In this document: positions 26,326 to 30,933 of the stretch, one piece after another
Layout: each line of letters starts with the position of its first letter
How positions within the stretch are numbered: position 1 is the first letter of the stretch
Source of the DNA: a virus
Taxonomy: Duplodnaviria; Caudoviricetes
DNA: 30,933 nucleotides
Virus record (IMG/VR): IMGVR_UViG_3300037631_000967
Span: 1 to 30,933 of that record
Strand: one strand, 5' to 3'
Made by a program: the position numbers and the translations under genes
Notes under the pieces: generated by a model
Databases searched by the model: none
The model's input: the letters and a program-made list of their open reading frames with translations, nothing else
Told to the model about the DNA's origin: nothing

Positions 26326-28412
26326 TGCTGCATATTCTGGGTTTGAGTACTACCCATCTGTGCTGGTTGCGTTCCAATCCTACCTATTTGCGCGTTCTGT
26401 GCTTGCTGTACAGCGAACTGATATTGTCCAGCGTACTTCTGAAGACGAGCAGCAAAAGCTTCATCTTCTTGTAAACGTTGCTGAATGTCTTGCTGTTGAC
26501 TGTACTGCTGAATAACTTGTAAAGCCGCTTGAGCACCGCTTGGACGCGCTGGAACTTCGATACCTGCATAAATTTTAGATAAGTCATCTGTAATATCTTT
26601 AAGTAGTTTTTCCTGTGCAACCTCAACGGGTTCAAGAACACCATCAGCAAGCACTGGATCAACTGAACCTGCTATCAATGTTAGCAAGTTATCTACATTT
26701 ATCCTTCCGTTGCGATCTAGCTGTAGAAGGGAAACCATTTGATTTAGCTTATTTTCCTGTTTCTCTGGGTCTGTGTTCAGAACATCGTAACTAATTGTAA
26801 CATCGAAGTTCTCATCAGCGTTCCCCTTGTTAAACATCTGCGGATCAGGTACACCAGTAACCCTAAAGAATATCTGGTCAGGGCCGAATCTCTGAAAGCA
26901 ACGGTAGCACTGCGATATAACCTCAGCGGAATGGCTAAGGAACTTATCTACCAAGAACTGCTTTCTAATCTGTGAGATTGGAGATACTTCATCTAAACCA
27001 ACAAGTCTATCTGCTTGCTGCTCCATTGTCTTCTCCATCTCAAGTGAGCCCTGGTTGTAAGGAGGCGTAGGCCCAAAATCTATATCGCCTTTACGACGAT
27101 AAGGAACGTACCTTCCTGGCCCCCAGTCCGTAGGAGCCTGTCCTACTGGGTGTAAAATTGGAGGGACGGTGGCAAGGCTATTCCTGTCGATACGGCTATC
27201 ACGTTCTATCTTGACTTGTTGCTGTATTCCTTTGAGTAGACTTGGGACAGTCATCGTGTCGTACAGTCGCTTGCTGTCTTCAGATAGCTTAGTAACTACT
27301 ACTGGGTAATCCTCGTAGCCATTAAGCAACTCGAACTTTGCGAACCCAGGAGTGTCACCATCACCACTGAACTCCTTGTGGAATACTGTGCAGTATATCC
27401 CTTCAGAGCCGTCCTCCTTATCAACTAAACGTTGAAATCCATAAACTATTTCTATTAGCTCTTCAGCCTCGTAAGCATTATCGGTAAGGCTTAATGACCG
27501 ACGGCCCTCCTGCTCACGCTCGATAGAGTCTATATTAACTCCACGGTATCGCTCTATAACTAACTCAACGAAGTCTTCGTCCCATCCATCAGTAGCTACT
27601 TTGTTTTCTAGCTCCTGTGCTGTGTAGTACGTTTTCCAGAAGCAGTAAGGTGCTCGCTGTGGATCGGTAACATACGGAGGGAAGATAAAGTCCCCATCTG
27701 GGGCTAACGTCTTTACCTCTGGTGCATTTACCTGACGGCGTACAACTGGCAACTCAGCAGATCCAACGTCAGCTAGTTCAGCCAGTGCGTTCTTAGCTCG
27801 CTTAACTGTAACGCCATCAAAGGTCTGTTGCAGCATAGCCACCATCTGGTCTTCGTTCTGACCCGAAAGGATCATCTCAGCTAGCTCAGGACTTACTTGG
27901 GCTATCTGGTTAAGGTCTAGCCTCTGAAGGAACTTCCTGTCCTCTGAGTGCCATCCTACGTAGCTTATAAGCAGTCCACGCTCTAGCAAGTAATTAGCTC
28001 CTAGCTCCATCTCTCGATTAAAACGAGAAATGTAACCAGAGGAAATCATCCACTTAAGGAAGTTAGAAACTACCTTAGCTCTGCCTACATCCTGAACCTC
28101 TACTGGGAAAGCCCTAATATTAGCCCTAGACAAAGAAGCCATAAAGAGGGATACAAGCCTAGTAATTCGCTCATCAATAACATGGCTCTCCATGTCAGAT
28201 GCACCCTCCCAGGGGAAAGCATCAGCACCGTGCTTGCGAAGATCTCTGCTCTTTCCAGGCCACCAATTACGGCGCTCGTCATAACTCTCTCTGCACAAAT
28301 CAAAGTACGCCTCAAGCTCAACTACCGATTGGTCGTAGGCGTACCGAAGGGACTTGATGTCTGGTTCAGCACTAACGTAGGTTAGTGACTCTGAAACTGA
28401 ATCACTCTGCAT
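26322..28412 (-). CDS. portal protein
   Basis: 696 aa between terminase and scaffold/capsid. FPWEGASD segment and a Gln-rich helical C-terminus, as in P22-like portals. Confidence 0.85.
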   Translation of the reverse strand: MQSDSVSESLTYVSAEPDIKSLRYAYDQSVVELEAYFDLCRESYDERRNWWPGKSRDLRKHGADAFPWEGASDMESHVIDERITRLVSLFMASLSRANIRAFPVEVQDVGRAKVVSNFLKWMISSGYISRFNREMELGANYLLERGLLISYVGWHSEDRKFLQRLDLNQIAQVSPELAEMILSGQNEDQMVAMLQQTFDGVTVKRAKNALAELADVGSAELPVVRRQVNAPEVKTLAPDGDFIFPPYVTDPQRAPYCFWKTYYTAQELENKVATDGWDEDFVELVIERYRGVNIDSIEREQEGRRSLSLTDNAYEAEELIEIVYGFQRLVDKEDGSEGIYCTVFHKEFSGDGDTPGFAKFELLNGYEDYPVVVTKLSEDSKRLYDTMTVPSLLKGIQQQVKIERDSRIDRNSLATVPPILHPVGQAPTDWGPGRYVPYRRKGDIDFGPTPPYNQGSLEMEKTMEQQADRLVGLDEVSPISQIRKQFLVDKFLSHSAEVISQCYRCFQRFGPDQIFFRVTGVPDPQMFNKGNADENFDVTISYDVLNTDPEKQENKLNQMVSLLQLDRNGRINVDNLLTLIAGSVDPVLADGVLEPVEVAQEKLLKDITDDLSKIYAGIEVPARPSGAQAALQVIQQYSQQQDIQQRLQEDEAFAARLQKYAGQYQFAVQQAQNAQIGRIGTQPAQMGSTQTQNMQQ

Positions 28413-28629
28413 AAAATCTGCCTTTAATATCTTCTAGAAGGTGGTTTACGTACCACTTATGAACACCTATTCTATCACACAATTCTGATGGGGGTATATC
28501 TTGTTGATCTTCGCCCTTAATAGTCCTAACAAATATTTCCCAAGCAAGCAGTCTATCGACCTGCTCATCTATAAATGCTTTATCTACAACTAGGTTATGC
28601 AACGTATCTGTAACTTCGTCCTCTAACAT
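28402..28629 (-). CDS. hypothetical protein, possible C-terminal HTH
   Basis: 75 aa, overlaps both neighbours. PPSELCDRIGVHKWYVNHLL resembles a helix-turn-helix. Confidence 0.5.
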   Translation of the reverse strand: MLEDEVTDTLHNLVVDKAFIDEQVDRLLAWEIFVRTIKGEDQQDIPPSELCDRIGVHKWYVNHLLEDIKGRFYAE

Positions 28630-28966
28630 CTTCTATCATTTCAATGGTTATTGTCTTTCCCTTCATCTTGCCCTTGTATCTTCTAGGGATAACCACAGGT
28701 ACTTTCATTTTGATCTCGTCTATGTAGGCAAACACATAGCTAGGGTTAGGGGCTTCTGCCAGTACTCTGCCCTTAAAGTGCTTAGGAACGATCTCTTCGA
28801 TGTACATACAGTCAACTAAAATCTTCTGACCTTCTTCATTTACCCAAGTGTTCCTGCCTTTGCCTGTAAGCATTTCAGCGGACAGCTTTCGTTTAGCTAG
28901 GTTAAGAAATGAATCAAAGCTTGATTCGAACCTATCTGCAATTTTAGTTAGTTTTACTTTAGCCAT
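28595..28966 (-). CDS. hypothetical protein
   Basis: 123 aa basic protein starting 2 nt after the terminase stop. Confidence 0.75.
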   Translation of the reverse strand: MAKVKLTKIADRFESSFDSFLNLAKRKLSAEMLTGKGRNTWVNEEGQKILVDCMYIEEIVPKHFKGRVLAEAPNPSYVFAYIDEIKMKVPVVIPRRYKGKMKGKTITIEMIEDVRGRSYRYVA

Positions 28967-28968
28967 AT

Positions 28969-30615
28969 CTAATATCCTGATCCTATGCGGGTTGTCATCA
29001 TGTTTCTGGAAAGAACGTGGTCAGGGCCATCGCCTCCATTCGCCATTCGCAAATAACGAATAATGTCAAAGAAGTCCTTTAACGGCTCATCAGCCTTGCC
29101 TGAAGCGTTGTAGTTAATTAAAGAGTCTATAAGGTTACCGCAGTCCTCATGTATGTAGCACCGTGGTCTGTTAGCAGAATCTATTGGCACGTTAGGGTTG
29201 TAGCTGAACCACTCATCTATAGCACTAATGCCTATCTCTTCCATTCTCCCATCGGACGGAATAAAAGTCATTCCGCAATCATCGAACTCAGTAAACAGGT
29301 CATCATTGTCGGAGTTCTCCTTAGCGAAGTACCTACTGTCACCTATACGCTCAAATACCTCTATCTCAATGTCATCCTCTATTTCCTCAAACAGATCAAC
29401 GTATCCCTGTACGTTGTAACCTATCTTCTTTGATGCTGGCCCATAACGCCACTTAGGATCACCGAATACAGCCCACTCTCCGTAGTAGTCCCTATCAGGC
29501 CACTCCTTCCGAATGTACACATCTCCCTTTTCGTTTACTCCTGCCCATATCGCTACATAATTCCTGGCTCCTGCTGGGTCAACTACCTGATAACAAGTGT
29601 ACCTGTGCTGATCAGATATGTCAGGAAAGGTCATGCCGTACTTATTTGGCTCGTCACTCAATACGTTCACCTCAGTGTTAAACAAGGGCAACAAAGAAGT
29701 CATGCTCTTAACGGGTATCCCGTAAGCACGAACTAGTATCTCTTCTTCTGGTCTGCCTCTAAGGTCTTTAGCTATACGCTCATAACCACCAAAGGGATTC
29801 TCATCTGAGTGCAAGTACACCACTGATGCGTCCCTAGATGGGCTGTACTGCTTAATAGGCACTTCCTTATCTATCAACGCACCATGACGTGTCTGTAGCG
29901 TCTCTACGTCCTTTAAGTACTCTGCCACAAAGGGAGTATAACCATCAATAGGAGTGAAGCCTATACCCATCTTGGCGTCCCTAGTAGCCAGTCGGAACCT
30001 AAGGGTATTTACTAATGAAGCATCGCCTAAGTACTCATCTAGCCACGCACCTATGTTCAAGCCCTTAGCATCAGGAAAACCGAACTCAAAGCCCTCTAAG
30101 ATAGTCTGGTTGTTGCTGTACTGCGTGTACGTCTTGAAGTCTACACGTGTACGGGTATCAGGAAAGATAAAGCTCTTAGCAGTGAACCCGTTCTGCATAC
30201 TGTAATTAATGTACCCCTCGATGCTCTTAGTCTTCTTCTTGAACTCCTTAGGCATCATCTCCCATATAGCTGCTTGCTGCACCTTAATGGAAGTATCTTC
30301 GTTCTGGGAAAAGCATACTAAGTGACCATCATTGCTTTCAGTCACTGCTTCCATTACGATCTTAGCAAATCCTGTAGTCTTTCCTGATCTGTTACCACCA
30401 AGAACCAAGCACTCATTGTAATCCTGCAACCCATCCTTTATTCGCTCCCATCCAGGTAGATTAAACCCATGACGGATAGGATCGTCCTCAGATGCCTTAA
30501 TCCTGCTCTCATGAGCCTTGTGCAGCTCTTTAAGAAGATTAAGGTCGTTCTCGTACAGCCAGACAATTTCCTCTGCTGTAGGAGGAGTCAGAAGGGGATG
30601 TTCAGTAAACTTAAT
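28969..30615 (-). CDS. terL: terminase large subunit
   Basis: Walker A GGNRSGKT, Walker B AWLDE, coupling motif FTP, ENP, nuclease VVDPAG and C-terminal KDFFDIIRY. The frame is open 62 codons upstream of the track's TTG (30429) to ATT at 30615. The start position is uncertain; the identity is not. Confidence 0.93.
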   Translation of the reverse strand: MKFTEHPLLTPPTAEEIVWLYENDLNLLKELHKAHESRIKASEDDPIRHGFNLPGWERIKDGLQDYNECLVLGGNRSGKTTGFAKIVMEAVTESNDGHLVCFSQNEDTSIKVQQAAIWEMMPKEFKKKTKSIEGYINYSMQNGFTAKSFIFPDTRTRVDFKTYTQYSNNQTILEGFEFGFPDAKGLNIGAWLDEYLGDASLVNTLRFRLATRDAKMGIGFTPIDGYTPFVAEYLKDVETLQTRHGALIDKEVPIKQYSPSRDASVVYLHSDENPFGGYERIAKDLRGRPEEEILVRAYGIPVKSMTSLLPLFNTEVNVLSDEPNKYGMTFPDISDQHRYTCYQVVDPAGARNYVAIWAGVNEKGDVYIRKEWPDRDYYGEWAVFGDPKWRYGPASKKIGYNVQGYVDLFEEIEDDIEIEVFERIGDSRYFAKENSDNDDLFTEFDDCGMTFIPSDGRMEEIGISAIDEWFSYNPNVPIDSANRPRCYIHEDCGNLIDSLINYNASGKADEPLKDFFDIIRYLRMANGGDGPDHVLSRNMMTTRIGSGY

Positions 30616-30829
30616 TATTTGTCCAGTCTATTTGCTCTAGCTCCTGCATGGACTTCTTAGCAACTAAGGCTAATAAGATAGCTAGGTTTTCTTGGAAGTG
30701 CTCTTCATCCATTTTGTTGAAGACATCGTACTCGAAGCCATCCTCTGTAACAGTAGCAACTAAAACAGCTTGCCATCCTGGAGTAATAGTGTCTAAGCAC
30801 TTATGAACTAAATCAGGGTTATTGTTCAT
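30611..30829 (-). CDS. hypothetical protein
   Basis: 72 aa; TAATG overlap with the upstream ORF. Confidence 0.7.
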   Translation of the reverse strand: MNNNPDLVHKCLDTITPGWQAVLVATVTEDGFEYDVFNKMDEEHFQENLAILLALVAKKSMQELEQIDWTNN

Positions 30830-30933
30830 TAAATAATTCTTGTTATGTCGTGCTTAATAGGATCACCTTTAAAGGGCTTACTTTCAATGCTAGAATCTGT
30901 GTTTACGTTTCTGAATCTACTTTCGTACTCCTT
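30829..30933 (-). CDS. 3' end of a hypothetical protein (truncated by the window edge)
   Basis: Open frame ...KEYESRFRNVNTDSSIESKPFKGDPIKHDITRII* ending in a TAATG overlap. Confidence 0.55.
   Translation of the reverse strand, partial: KEYESRFRNVNTDSSIESKPFKGDPIKHDITRII

Noticed and set aside
30611-30829. Terminase small subunit call for the ORF upstream of terL
   Set aside because: Position fits, but the 72 aa acidic sequence has no recognisable HTH or TerS pattern, so it is left as hypothetical.

Overview
A 31 kb fragment of an uncultured tailed dsDNA phage with podovirus-like morphogenesis genes, arranged as two convergent arms that meet at an intrinsic terminator near 6.25 kb. The + strand arm (1-6215) carries replication and nucleotide-metabolism genes: a Pif1-like SF1B helicase, an SSB-like protein, a calcineurin-like metallophosphoesterase, a DUF1599/Nmad1-like protein, an endonuclease VII-like nuclease and small hypotheticals. 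The - strand arm (30933-6276) runs terminase large subunit, portal, GH24 lysozyme, scaffold, major capsid, head-tail adaptor, fibre/spike module, holin-like membrane genes, four small very basic proteins, tail nozzle, a tail fibre with an S74 chaperone, and three large putative ejection proteins. No tRNA, integrase, reverse transcriptase or CRISPR array was seen. Most notable: (1) a ~255 nt densely base-paired non-coding element with competing helices upstream of the helicase; (2) an H-type pseudoknot covering the scaffold ribosome-binding site, just behind an extended -10 promoter overlapped by an inverted repeat; (3) a terminase frame that appears to need a non-canonical ATT/ATA start; (4) a coupled run of protamine-like micro-proteins, two missing from the ORF track; (5) apparent absence of CCGG. 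Family assignments come from recognising motifs by eye, not from database searches.
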